64,000 bases of DNA from Octopus sinensis (GCF_006345805.1 NC_043018.1:27590001-27654000); one strand, 5' to 3'. Shown: positions 1 through 11,584, counted from the first letter of the stretch. The notes: a model not told the origin generated them from the letters alone. A program made the numbers and translations.

Positions 1-94
1 GGTAAATGTTATTCACAAAAACAAGTTAATCTCGAAATAGATTTGGGAAAGTGCCAAGAAAATGGCAATTGTAACACGATCAGTGTAGCGCTGC

Positions 95-123
95 CGCTTC
101 TGGTGATGTTGCTGTTGTTGTTG

Positions 124-154
<31 letters not shown>

Positions 155-960
155 CGCTGCCGCTGCTGCTGTTGTTGTTCTGGTTGCGCTGTTGTTATTG
201 TTGCACTTGCTGTATGACTGTAGTAGTAGTAGTAGTAAGTAGTAGTAGTAGTAGTAGTAGTAGTAATGGTGTAGTGGTGGTAGTAGTAGTAGAAGTAGTA
301 GTAATGGTGTAGTGGTGGTAGTAGTGTTATGGTAGTAGTAGTAGTAGTAGTAGTGATGGTGGTAGTAGTAGTAGTAGCAGCAGCAGCAGTAGTAGTAGTA
401 GTAATGGTGTAGTGGTGGTAGTAGTAGTAGTAGTAGTAGTAATGGTGTAGTGGTGGTAGTAGTGTTGTGGTAGTAGTAGTAGTGATGGTGGTAGTAGTAG
501 TAGTAGTAATGGTATAGTGGTGGTAGTAGTGATGTGGTAATAGTAGTAGTGATGGTGGTAGTAGTAGTAGTAGTAGTAGTTGCAGTAGTTGTAGTAGTTG
601 TAGTAGTAGTTATTGTCATTGTTCTTTTGGATGTAGTTACAATTGATGTTTTAGTAGTAGTAGTAGTAGTCGTAGTTGGTGTAGGTATTATAACAGTAAC
701 AGTTGTAATCGCGTTGTGGTTATTGTTGTTACGTGGTAGTATAGCAGTAGTCTATGTTATAGTTGTTATTATTGTTGTAGTGTTCTTGTTGTAGCAGTTG
801 TGATAGTAGGTGATGTTGTTACTGTTGTTGTTGTCTGTGGTTATTGTTATATCCTGATGTTTTAACAATTGTTACTAACACCACCGCCACCACCGCCACC
901 ACCACCGCCACCACCACCGCCGCCACAACCACCACTATCACTGCTATTAGGGTCACCACA
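95..960. repeat. Trinucleotide low-complexity tract (TTG/CTG/TAG/GTG/ACC)
   Basis: Direct inspection. The ORFs here are repeat translations. Confidence 0.95.
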
Positions 961-1231
961 ATGACACCCGGAACATTACTATACACCCGTAACGAAACAA
1001 CGGCCAATTCTATTTCCAACAGCAACAATAACTTTACCAGGCGCAGGCGTGGCTGTGTGGTAAGTAGCTTGCTTCCCAACCACATGGTTCCTGGTTCAGT
1101 TCTACTGTGTGGCACCTTGGACAAGTGTCTTCTACTATAACGTCGGGCTGAACAAAGCTTTGTGAGTGGATTTCGTAGACGGAAACTGAAAGAAGCCCGT
1201 CGTATATATGTATATATATCTATATATATAA

Positions 1232-1875
1232 TTAATTAATAAGGGTGAGAGAATTAGATACTAATTTAATAGTATATCTATTCTACACCAAGTGGCCTAG
1301 TGCTCCGAGAAACCTGGATTATTATAATATTTTATAATATATTATAATATTTTTACAAAATAAATATAAGAGAGTGGTCACTATATGGCTCACTCTAGCA
1401 CCAGTTAATCCAAAAGGTTTCAACCACAAAAATACATGTTTCCCATGAAAGTCAGTACGATTGTTAGTTCACACGGACAGGGCAAATAAAAAATAACAAA
1501 AATACAGATTATTTTGGGACAATTGTTTCGCTATTAATGAATTAAATGTAATTTTGTCGGATGTAATCAATTGAACCACACGTGTATTTATCGTTATGGT
1601 AAAATCTGGCGTGTGATTGAGTGGATTTCATCCAGATAGTTTTGGCTGAGGAGCTACAAGTGGATTTTTTTGTAAGTAAAATTACATTTAATTCATTAAT
1701 AGCGAAACAATTGTCCCAAAATAATCTGTATTTTTGTTATTTTTTATTTGCCCTGTCCGTGTGAGCTAACAATCGTACTGACTTTCATGGGAAACATGTA
1801 TTTTTGTGGTTGAAACCTTTTGGATTAACTGGTGCTAGAGTGAGCCATATAGTGACCACTCTCTTATATTTATTT
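1232..1875. mobile_element. Dispersed fold-back copy of family A (left arm 1232-1555, inverted right arm 1556-1875)
   Basis: Same monomer sequence as the array. Orientation flips at AATGTAATTTT|GTCGGATG. Flanked by (TA)n. Confidence 0.92.
1633..1728 (+). ncRNA. Type I hammerhead ribozyme, family A (predicted cleavage after 1715, GUC)
   Basis: Helix I CAGAU-AG-UUUUGG / CCAAAA-UA-AUCUG; core CUGAGGA (1646-1652); helix II GCUA/UAGC extended by AGUGGAUU/AAUUCAUU; GAAA (1704-1707); palindromic helix III ACAAUUGU; C17. Confidence 0.88.
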
Positions 1876-1889
1876 ATCTATATATATAT

Positions 1890-2032
1890 ATACTTTATTT
1901 AAAGCAGCAGAAAATTCAACAAAACCTGTTACTCTGAGTTTCACGTTGCCGTTCATCGGACAGTTTACTCTACCGCTGGTATTTGAGTACTCTTTTTTCC
2001 ACCTTGTTTCACATTTATGTGTTTACTCCGGT
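1890..2032 (-). mobile_element. Short PLE-like repeat (family E) with minimal HHR at 1922-1966; second copy at 45145-45330 (+)
   Basis: Minus strand reads CUGU CCGAUGA ACG-GCAA-CGU GAAA CUCAGAG UA ACAG. A homologous copy in opposite orientation is at about 45.2 kb. Confidence 0.7.
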
Positions 2033-2155
2033 ATATATATATATATGTATGTATGTGTGTATATGTTTGTGTGTCTGTGTTTGTCCCCCCAACATCGCTT
2101 GACAACCGACGCTGGTGTGTTTACGTCCCCGAAACTAAGCTCATCGTATATATGC

Positions 2156-2188
<33 letters not shown>

Positions 2189-2541
2189 CGTGTGTGTGTG
2201 TGTGCTTGTATGAGTTTGTGTGTCTGTGCTTGTACTTCCCCTTCGTCTGACATATTTACGTATCCGTAACTTAGCGGTTCGGCACAAACCGACCGATAGA
2301 ATAAGTACTATGTTTATAAAGAACAAGTCCTGGGGGGTCGATTTGTTCGACTAAAAGCGGTGCTCCAGCATGGCCGCAATCAAATGACTGGAACAAGTAA
2401 AAGAATACACTAGCCAACCTTTCTACCAATGTCACAGGAACAAAAAGTAAGCCTCTACTCTGTCACTCAACTTGGTAGATATTATACATTAATCACCTAC
2501 ACATCACTCATCATTGTCATAAAAAGTCTTTAAAAAGCATA

Positions 2542-2735
2542 TGAGAGGGAGCTGAAAAGTTCCTGGCTTTAAGGGTGTCGCGAAAGGCCTGGTTTGAGGA
2601 GCAACCTCCTCAGTTCTTTACAGGACTTCGAAAAAAATTAATATGAAGGAGGAATATGTTCAAAATAAAATCATAATTAATCGATCCTCCTGTATTTGCC
2701 GTTCCCGAAAGCCAGGAACTTGTCAACACACCCTC
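2542..2735. mobile_element. Mariner-type MITE (~200 bp, TIR GAGGGGGTGCTGAAAAGTTCCTGGCTTT); copies 4138-4240 (partial), 4680-4875, 5355-5555
   Basis: Terminal inverted repeats and four homologous copies within 3 kb. Confidence 0.75.
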
Positions 2736-2920
2736 GTATATGTGTGCCTCTGTATATGCATGTATGTGTGTGTGTGTAAGTCTTTTGAGAAAATAGTTGA
2801 CTTCTGCCCAGGTGTGGAAACTATAGTGATATCCGTGGGGCAGCTGATGTTGGGGGTGGGTTGGATTGTTAATATGGCTGTTATTGTATGTGGGGAATAG
2901 TTTTATGAAACACCCATTTG

Positions 2921-2970
<50 letters not shown>

Positions 2971-3145
2971 AATATATACAGAGAGAGAGGGAGAGAGAGA
3001 AAGAGAGAGAGAGAAAGAGAGAGAGAGAAAGAGAGAGAAGATAAGAAATGGAGTAATAATTAACAACGATAAATTACAAGTTTATATATATATATAGGGG
3101 TAAAAAGTCAAGGTAGAAAATGCTAAAATAACTTTAGAAATAACA

Positions 3146-3187
3146 TTTCAGTACCGGTTTCAATCATTGAGACTTTTTCAACTGTAA
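3146..3187 (-). ncRNA. Minimal HHR-like motif with U3-A8 core (UUGAAAA)
   Basis: Minus strand reads CAG UUGAAAA AGUC-UCAAU-GAUU GAA ACCGGU A CUG: palindromic helix III and GUA triplet. Confidence 0.5.
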
Positions 3188-3502
3188 TTAAAGGAAAACA
3201 ATTAACTTTAAGAAAATTTCAAAGAAAAGTTTTTTAAATGAGTATTTGTATAGTATTCAAATACATGGGGCATCTTCCTTGTTTCTGCCTGTCTCTCTCT
3301 CTCTTCTTTACTCTTGTGGGTTCGAGATCGTTGTAAATTCTTGGCAACGAAGAAGAAGAAGAAGAAGAAGAAGAAGAAGAAGAAGAAGAAGAAGAAGAAG
3401 AAGAAGAATGTAATGCAGGCGCGCTATGATAGTAGTAAGATGTTAAATGGTCAAGTGCCCTTAAAGTGACTTGTTGGGTATGGTAGTAGAGATTGAATTA
3501 TA

Positions 3503-3925
3503 CAGGAGTGGCTGTGTGGTAAGTAGCTTGCTTACAAACCACATGGTTTCAGGTTCATTCCAACTGCGTGGCACCTTGGGCAAGTGTCTTCTACTATAGC
3601 CTCGGGCCGACGAAAGCCTTGTTAGTGGATTTGGTAGACGGAAACTGAGAGAAACTCGTCGTATATATGCATATATATATGTGTGTGTGTATGTATGTAT
3701 GTGTGTGTATATATTTGTGTGTCTTTGTTTGTCCCCCAACATCGCTTGACAACCGATGAGGGTGTGTTTACGTCCCCGTAACTTAGCGGTTCGGCAAAAG
3801 AGTCCGATAGAATAAGTACTAGGCTTACAAAAATAAGTCCTCGGGGTCCATTTGCTCGACTAAAGGCGGTGCTCCAGCATGGCCGCAGTCAAATGACTGA
3901 AACAAGTAAAAGAGTAAAGAATAAA
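3503..3925 (+). mobile_element. SINE family A, full length
   Basis: A-box-like TGGCTGTGTGG, B-box-like GGTTCANTCC, tail GGCGGTGCTCCAGCATGGCC...(AGTAAAAG)n. Confidence 0.85.
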
Positions 3926-3927
3926 AG

Positions 3928-3965
<38 letters not shown>

Positions 3966-4407
3966 AAACTATTCTGCACATACAATAACCTTCATAACAA
4001 CAATCGAACGCACCTCCATCACTCCATCATCAGCTGTCCCACGGATATCACAATGGTTTCGACACTTGGGCAGAAGTCAACTATTTTCTCAGAAGACTTA
4101 TACACACACATACACTTATATACACATGCACACATATACGAGGGAGTGTTGAAAAGTTCCTGGCTTTCGGGAAAGGCAAATACAGGAGGATCAATTAATT
4201 ATGATTTTGTCGTTGATTTCTTGAAATTGTGGAGTAGATGAACAGCCGACAACGGGTGAAGGGTCGTTCTTTAAGTTACTTGTCTATTCTTGTTTTCCAT
4301 TTGTTTCTCCCGTTGTTCGCATACTTAAGTTTGCCTCGTATTTCATGTTGTTTACGTTTTGTGACGTACTGTACCCATATATGCATATATATTTTATTTT
4401 TATTATA

Positions 4408-4445
<38 letters not shown>

Positions 4446-4869
4446 TACATACATGCATACATACATACACACACATAGCGTGGCTGTGTGGTAAGAAGCT
4501 TGCTCCCAAACCATATGATTTTGTTGGTGTGTTTAAGTCCCCATAACTTAGCGATTCTGTTTAGAATGAATAAGTCCTGGGGTCGATTTCTTTGACTAAA
4601 AACCCTTTAAGTTGATCCCCCAGCATGGCACCAGTCAAATGATTGAAACAAGTCAAAGAATAAGAGAAAGAAATATATACACGAGGTGGGTGCTGAAAGC
4701 TCCTGGTTTTAAGGGCATCGCTAAAAGCCTTGTTGGAGTCCCAACCTTCGACGTTCTTTTACAATGCTTATAAAAACTGAAGGACTGCTGCAATATATGT
4801 CGAATAAATCATAATTAACTGATCCTCATCTATTTTCTTTTATCCAAAGCCAGGAACGTTTCAGCACTT

Positions 4870-5350
4870 GCTCGTATGTATGTAAGCATGTATGTATGTA
4901 TGTATGTATGTATGTATGTATGTATGTATGTATGTATGTATGTATGTATGTATGTATGTATGCATATAAGTATGTATGTATGTATGTATGCGTGTATGTA
5001 TATATGTATGCATATAAGTATGTATGTATGAATGCATATAAGTATGTATGTATGTATGTATGTATGCATGTATGTATGTATGTATGCATGTATGTATGTA
5101 TATATGTATGCATACAAGTATGTGTGTATGTATATATGTATTATGTATGTATGTATGCATGCATGTATGTATGAGTGTATGTATGCATATAAGTATGTAT
5201 GTATTTGTGTATGTATGTATGCATATAAATTTGTATGTATGTATGTATGTATGCATGTATGCATATAAGTATGTATGTATGTATGTATGCATATAAGTAT
5301 GTATGTATGTATGTATGTATGTATGTATGTATGTATGTATGCATGTATGT
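4870..5350. repeat. (TATG)n microsatellite
   Basis: Direct inspection. Confidence 0.95.
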
Positions 5351-5869
5351 GCGGGGGAAGGAGGTGCTGAAAAGTTCCTGGCTTTAAGGGTGTCATGAAA
5401 AACCTGGTTGGAGGCACAACCTTCCAACTTCATTTTAAGGACTTCTGCAGTAAGTGAATGAATTTGTGAGGGGAATAATTTGCACAAAATCACAATTAAC
5501 TGATCCGCCTGTATATTCTTTTACTCAAAGCCAGGAACTTTTCACCACACCTCCGTTTATTGACTGATTTTGTTCTAAATCAACGTTTCTTAACCATTTT
5601 CACCTATGGACCATTTTGGTACCTATTTTACTTGGATGGAACCTCGTAGACTTTCGATGTTAAAATACCCTTAAAGTTTTATATTTTTATTATTAAATAT
5701 TATTAAAAATAGTATTTTTTTAAAAAAACTGTCAGTGGCTGTGTGGTTAGAAGTTTACTTCCTGACAACAAGACTAAAGCCTTGTCAATAGATTTGGTAG
5801 TTGGAAACTGAAAGAAGCTCGTCATATATATATATATATTTTTTTTTTTCACCATGTGTACTTCGTAAA

Positions 5870-6070
5870 CACCAGTCGTTTTTTTCTCCATCTCCTGTTG
5901 CCCACTTTGGGATCTTTCTTTCCTCTCTCTTCCTTCTTTATGTTTCCGACGAAGAGCTCTGCTCGAAACGTCATACCTTCCTGCTTCCATATTTCCTGAG
6001 CGCCTATTAATAATAATACTGTAATTGTTCCACTGTTGTTGTTTTTTTGTTTTCCCGTTTGGATTAAAAT
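5870..6070 (+). mobile_element. Short PLE-like repeat (family C) with minimal HHR-like motif 5942-5976; other copies 14950-15135 (+), 56500-56700 (-), and a partial copy 42105-42210 (-) lacking the HHR
   Basis: Consensus GUUU CCGACGA A GAGC-UCC-GCUC GAA ACGU H AAAC. Shared ~200-bp body ending GTTTGGATTAAC(TA)n. Confidence 0.7.
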
Positions 6071-6081
6071 TACATATATAT

Positions 6082-6138
<57 letters not shown>

Positions 6139-6284
6139 TATATATAAAGATAAATTAAATAGCGAGATACTATTGAGAATCCAATAATATATTTATATCA
6201 TATTAGCATAATATTATATAACATAAGCAATTATTAAAAAAACCATAAAAGGCCAACAAATTGTTTCGACTCTCTTTTTCTCTT

Positions 6285-6678
6285 TTCTCTTTTTACTTGT
6301 TTCAGTCATTTTGACTGCGGCCATGCTGGTGCACCGCCTTTAATCGAGCAACTCGATCCCGGGACTTATTTTTTGTAAGCCCAGTACATATTCTATCGAT
6401 CTCTTTTGCCGAACCGCAAAGTGACAGGGACATAAACACACCAGCATCGGTTGTCAAGCATTGCTAGGGGGACAAGCACAGACACACACACATACACGCA
6501 CATACACATATATACATATATACGACGGGCTTCTTTCAGTTTCCGTCTACCAAATCCACTCACAAGGCTTTGGTCGGCCCGAGGCTATAGTAGAAGACAC
6601 CTGCCCAAGTTGCCACGCAGTGGGACTGAACCCAGAACCATGTGGTTGGTAAACAAGCTACTTACCACACAGCCACTC
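6285..6678 (-). mobile_element. SINE family A
   Basis: Reverse complement of the 3503-3925 copy. Confidence 0.85.
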
Positions 6679-7094
6679 AGTTCTCTTATATATAAAGTCA
6701 CTTCAGGTCATGATTTAAATATAGACGAAATTCCGTGTGAATATATTTATTCTTTTAAGAAACTGATATCCTTGGATCAGATTCTTAAAAGAACACTCTC
6801 CGTTGTTCCTTCTATTTGCCGAATTGTGTAAGGACCATGTCGTGTCCCCACTTACATCGGCCTCCTCTCAGTCACACAATACGTCATGGCCTTAAAAAAC
6901 CGAAAAACATGTTAGTGGTTTGTTTTCCATCATATTCTTTTTATTCCTTGACGAATCCACGATGACAGTTTAGACCTAAAACTGAATATTTCTGGAGGAA
7001 ACAGCTACGTGGGAAAGGCTATAAGGAATGAAACTAATTTCAAACGGTTAAGAGAAGGTAGTGAGGGATTTTCAACTCATGAATATCTACCTGT

Positions 7095-7400
7095 CTACCT
7101 AGCTACCCACCTATCTATCTAATTACCTACCGACCTACCTACCTACCTACCTACCTACCTACCTACCTACCTACCTACCTACCTACCTACCTACCTACCT
7201 ACCTACCTACCTACCTACCTGCCTGCCTACCTACCTACATACCAACCAACTTACCTACCTACTTACCTACCTACCTACCTGCCTGCCTGCCTACCTACCT
7301 ACCTACCTACCAACTTACCTACCTACCTACCAACCTGCCTGCCTACCTACCTACCTACCTACCTACCTACCTACCTATCTACCTACCTACCCACTTATCT
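7095..7400. repeat. (ACCT)n microsatellite
   Basis: Direct inspection. Confidence 0.95.
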
Positions 7401-7429
7401 GCCTACTGTCATACATACATATGCACAAA

Positions 7430-8240
7430 TGGGAAAGACATGCAGGAAAAGCAGTAAATGGGACAAAGGATGCATATTTGTGGGGTGCACACTGAAGATA
7501 TCACCCATATCATAAGCAGTTGTCCGAAAATCTCATCGCGGTATTATCTACCGATGGGATATGAGGTTGTAGCTAGGACACTATAATGAAATCCGTCGGA
7601 AGGAAAATACCGAGGACAAAGAAGTAAGAACCCAAAGTATGGTAGAAACCATAGCCCCTCACAATAAAAAGAAGTCCTGGTAGAATGTCCCAGTGAAGAC
7701 CTCAATAAAATGTAAGTACAACATACCTGATATAATGATTTGGGATTGAGAATAGAAACTGCGCAGCGGATGTTAATATAAAGCTGAAGATCGGTGAAAA
7801 AGAGACTACCTACACTGAACTATTGAGAAATCTATCCAGATTACAAGTGCAGATGTATACTTGTAATTGTTGTGGCACTGGGATATGTAGCACACTACCT
7901 AAAAAACAATCTTGAGAAATTAGGCTTCCCAAAAGCAGAAAGGAGAAAGCTAATTCGGAGATAACAGATCCAGTCCATCACCGGAACTGTAAAAATCTGT
8001 AAAACTTTCCAGAAGTTTATCATTTAAATATATATGAACATGTCTAGATATGCAACTATATGCATGAGAATGCATACATAAAACAAAACATACAAATCTG
8101 CACATATACATACATGCAAACAAAAATACCCTGTTTTGATGTTGAAATTCCAATGAAGGAGCCTTGGAACTAGGTTAGAAACCGGTTCTTTCTCTATTGG
8201 CAACAAATTTTGAAATAAAACTGAAAATACATACATCGTA
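7430..8240 (+). mobile_element. Decayed 3' part of an RLE-type (R4/Dong-like) non-LTR retrotransposon
   Basis: [24 protein letters not shown] (zinc knuckle), KCKYNIPDIMIWD (PD motif), VVALGYVAHYLKNNLEKLGF...SITGTVKICKTFQKFII* (stop at 8025-8027), then 3' UTR. Confidence 0.8.
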
Positions 8241-8799
8241 TGGGAAGAAGTATGTCGAGACTGCTGACTCAAAGGAATACTGCTGGAGCCTAACAATAAA
8301 AACTGCCACCAAATTAAAACATAACTGGCTCAGCTTTGTTGTTTGGACTCACGCATGAAAATCACACTTTATAATACTTTGCGCACTTGATGTCAATGTC
8401 GTGAGAAAAATGCATGAAAAGGCGGATAACAGCGGACCATTGAAGACAAGTTTGCAGATCCAGTATGCAAGATACCCGTTCAGATTCATACTCGTTATTG
8501 TTGGAACTACAAGTTCAATACCAGCCTGCCTGGATCAAATTGTAACTGAATTTGGATTGGTGAAGTAAAAACGTATCTCCTTAACTCATAAGTTACAAAT
8601 GGCTACTATATCTGGAAACTAAAAAATTTGGTAAACGCTCTAAGGATACCGAGGAGGACCACTTACACAGCAGACGATGACAATTTTCTTTTCATTACGA
8701 ACTTGCCCCGGGAAGGTGGCCGGTCAAAAATATACTAAAAGTTAGGAGAATGAGTGAATATCTACCCACCCATCCATCCATACCACATTTATATATATA

Positions 8800-8990
8800 G
8801 TTTTGTCAGTGAACAAGTCGCGGTTTCAAAGCGGCGAAAATATTTTGATAGAAATTAAACTTAAATGTGAAACTAACGGTTTTTGTGGCGTTTTTTAAAT
8901 AAGCTTACAAGCATCTTCCACAACCGCAATTGTTTTTGTTTCAGCACACGATCTCAAATTAAGTCACTTGCTGCAAGTACATCTCGGTAA
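8800..8990 (+). mobile_element. Short repeat starting with an HHR-like fold with G3-C8 core (GUGAAC-AR); homologous copy 14660-14858
   Basis: Two diverged copies both keep UGUCA GUGAACAR GUCGC-loop-GCGRC GAAA AUAU UU(U)GAYA. Confidence 0.6.
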
Positions 8991-8991
8991 T

Positions 8992-9025
<34 letters not shown>

Positions 9026-9232
9026 ATATATATATATATATATTATATATATATAATATATGTGTGTGTGGTGTGTGTGTGGTGTAAATGGAATATGTGA
9101 CAATTATTCGGTAGCCATGATAAAACTCCGAATAATTGTCACATTTTACATTTACAGATAAATTCCTCTATTTACATAATACCGAGGTCTCTCTCATTGT
9201 TTTGTGTTTTACATATATATCTATATATATAT

Positions 9233-9282
<50 letters not shown>

Positions 9283-9355
9283 GTCTCTCTGTCACTTTTG
9301 CTCTCTGTCTTTCTGTCTATCTATCTATCTATTAATTATCTATCTATCTATCTAT

Positions 9356-9399
<44 letters not shown>

Positions 9400-9638
9400 C
9401 CTATCTACTTACCTATCTATCCATCCATCCATCTGACTATCTATCCAACTATCTATCTATCCAACTATCTATCTATCTCCCTATCTATTTCTCCCTCCTC
9501 CCCTCTCTCTCTGTCTCTCTCTCTTGATATCCTTTTCGATATGATGAGAGTGATATAGTAATTAGTATTCTTAGTGTGGTCGCATTGAACTTCCTCATCT
9601 AACGTACGGAAATTAATACATAGGCACAGCAGCACTCG

Positions 9639-9727
<89 letters not shown>

Positions 9728-10105
9728 TTGTGTTCCTGTTTTATATTATAGTCTTTAACTAATTCGCTGCCACAAATCTGCGGGGAAATCCTACCTAATC
9801 AGTTATTATTTGAAACATGCAGCGTTTAATATGTTTAGTAAGTAATATTCATAGACAAATTTAAGCAAACATTCTACCGCGTCTCTCGGTTGAAGGCACC
9901 TGCTGGCAGAATCGTTGGCGTGCCGGAAGAAATGCCTAGCGGCAATTGTACCGGATTTATATTCCGAGTTCAAATTTCGCCGACGTCGCCTACGCCTTTC
10001 ATTCCTTCGGGGTCGATAAAATAAGTGCCAGTTGAGAGCTGGGATCGATGTAATCGTCTAACCCCTCTCCTTCAAATTTCAAATTTGAGACCTTGCACCT
10101 ATAGT

Positions 10106-10186
<81 letters not shown>

Positions 10187-10194
10187 ATATATAT

Positions 10195-10515
10195 ATATAA
10201 TAAAATAGAAAATGGAACAAGAACGTAAGACATCCGGACAACTAGGTGATACAAAAGGGGACAAAGTAAACATCCAGACAGGCGATACAAAAAAAAAAAA
10301 AAACACGGAGGGGTCATTCGAAGACTTTTATCTTCAGTCAAGAACCGGATCATGCTCACAATTTCGGCTGATTAATCTTGAGATTGCTCTAATCTGGCCA
10401 GCGCCAAGAAAAAACTAAGCTAAGAGCATTAGATTCCTTGGAAAAAAGCATCGAATGTATACGAAAACAAGGACGGAAAAACAGACGATGTTACACGAAT
10501 ATAAATACAAAATAA

Positions 10516-10601
<86 letters not shown>

Positions 10602-11030
10602 CCATAAGGCTTAATTTCCACACACGCCAGCTGAATTCAATTCGTTCCCAGTAGAAAGACGCCTGTTGTTACGTCCTGTTACTATTATTATTATTATTAT
10701 TGTTTTTTTATTGTATTTTGTATTCATATTCGTGTAACATCTTGTGTTTTTCCGTCCTTGTTTCGTATACATTCGTTGCTTTTACCCCAGGAATCTAATG
10801 CTCTTAGCTTAGTTTTTCCTTGGGGCTGGCCAGATTGGAGCAATCTCAAGATTAATCAGCCGAAATTGTGAGGATGATCCGGTTCTTGACTGAAGATAAA
10901 AGGCTTCGAATGACCCGTCCGTGTTTTTATTGTATCGTCTATCTGGATGTTCTGTTGTCCCCTTTTGTATCACTTGGTTGTCCGGATGTTTTGCGTTCTT
11001 GTCCCATTTTGTATTTTATATATATTATAT
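10195..11030. repeat. Inverted pair (~320-bp arms, 10195-10515 and 10700-11030) of repeat family D with (AAC)n(AAT)n spacer
   Basis: Arms are roughly 90% reverse-complementary by eye. Family also at 45500-46430. Confidence 0.85.
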
Positions 11031-11076
11031 ATATATATATATATACAGCGGCGTACGTACACTTTGTTCTCTTATA

Positions 11077-11161
<85 letters not shown>

Positions 11162-11180
11162 ATGTGTGTGTGTGTGTGTG

Positions 11181-11500
11181 AAGGCGCAATGGCCCAGTGG
11201 TTAGGGCAGCGGACTCGCGGTCGTCGGATCGCGGTTTCGACTCCCAGACCGGGCATTGTGAGTGTTTATTGAGCTAAAACACCTAAAAGCTCCACGAGGC
11301 TCCGGCAGGAGATGGTGGCGGTCCCTGCTGTACTCTTTCGCCATAACTTTCTCTCACTCTTTCTTCTTTTGGTCTGCTCACTTAGCCAGCGGGATGGCGT
11401 CATTTGAAGGATAATACAATGCGAAGCGCATTGTGACCAGCGATGTGTAGCAAGCAACATCTGATAGCCTGGTCGGTCACGGTGATCACCGTGATATATA
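11181..11500 (+). mobile_element. tRNA-derived SINE family B; other copies 15170-15505 (-), 44781-45080 (+), 52925-53300 (-)
   Basis: Head GGCGCAATGGCCCAGTGGTTAGGGCAGCGGACTCGCGGTCG.AGGATCGCGGTTTCGA.TCCC with A/B boxes. Confidence 0.85.
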
Positions 11501-11584
11501 TATATATATATTGTATAAAAGGGCTTAGTAAAATAATTAATAACTAATTAATTTTACCCTCAATTGTTGTATATATATATATAA

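Larger units (their letters stand above)
1039..2408 (+). mobile_element. tRNA-derived SINE family A split at its internal (TA)n linker (head 1039-1205, body 2040-2408) by two HHR elements
   Basis: Head and body match full-length copies elsewhere in the window. Confidence 0.8.

Noticed and set aside
1-120. Frame reading GKCYSQKQVNLEIDLGKCQENGNC..., reminiscent of a Kazal or cystine-knot C-terminus
   Set aside because: At the window edge, runs into a trinucleotide repeat, and position 2 could equally be a GTAAAT donor. Not enough support.
43-1140. Long ORFs of poly-V/T/L/Y
   Set aside because: Translations of trinucleotide repeats.
8145-8195. ATGAAGGAGCC...GGTTAGAAACCGGTT in the R4-like 3' UTR as an HHR
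   Set aside because: Positions 3 and 8 do not pair and there is no helix I.
8330-8745. Possible transposase or RT remnant
   Set aside because: No diagnostic motif could be read in any frame.
10885-10920. CTGAAGATAAAAGGCTTCGAATGACC as an HHR in family D
   Set aside because: GAAU instead of GAAA, and helices are inconsistent between copies.
11181-11255. tRNA gene
   Set aside because: tRNA-like heads continue into SINE bodies and lack a proper acceptor stem and terminator.
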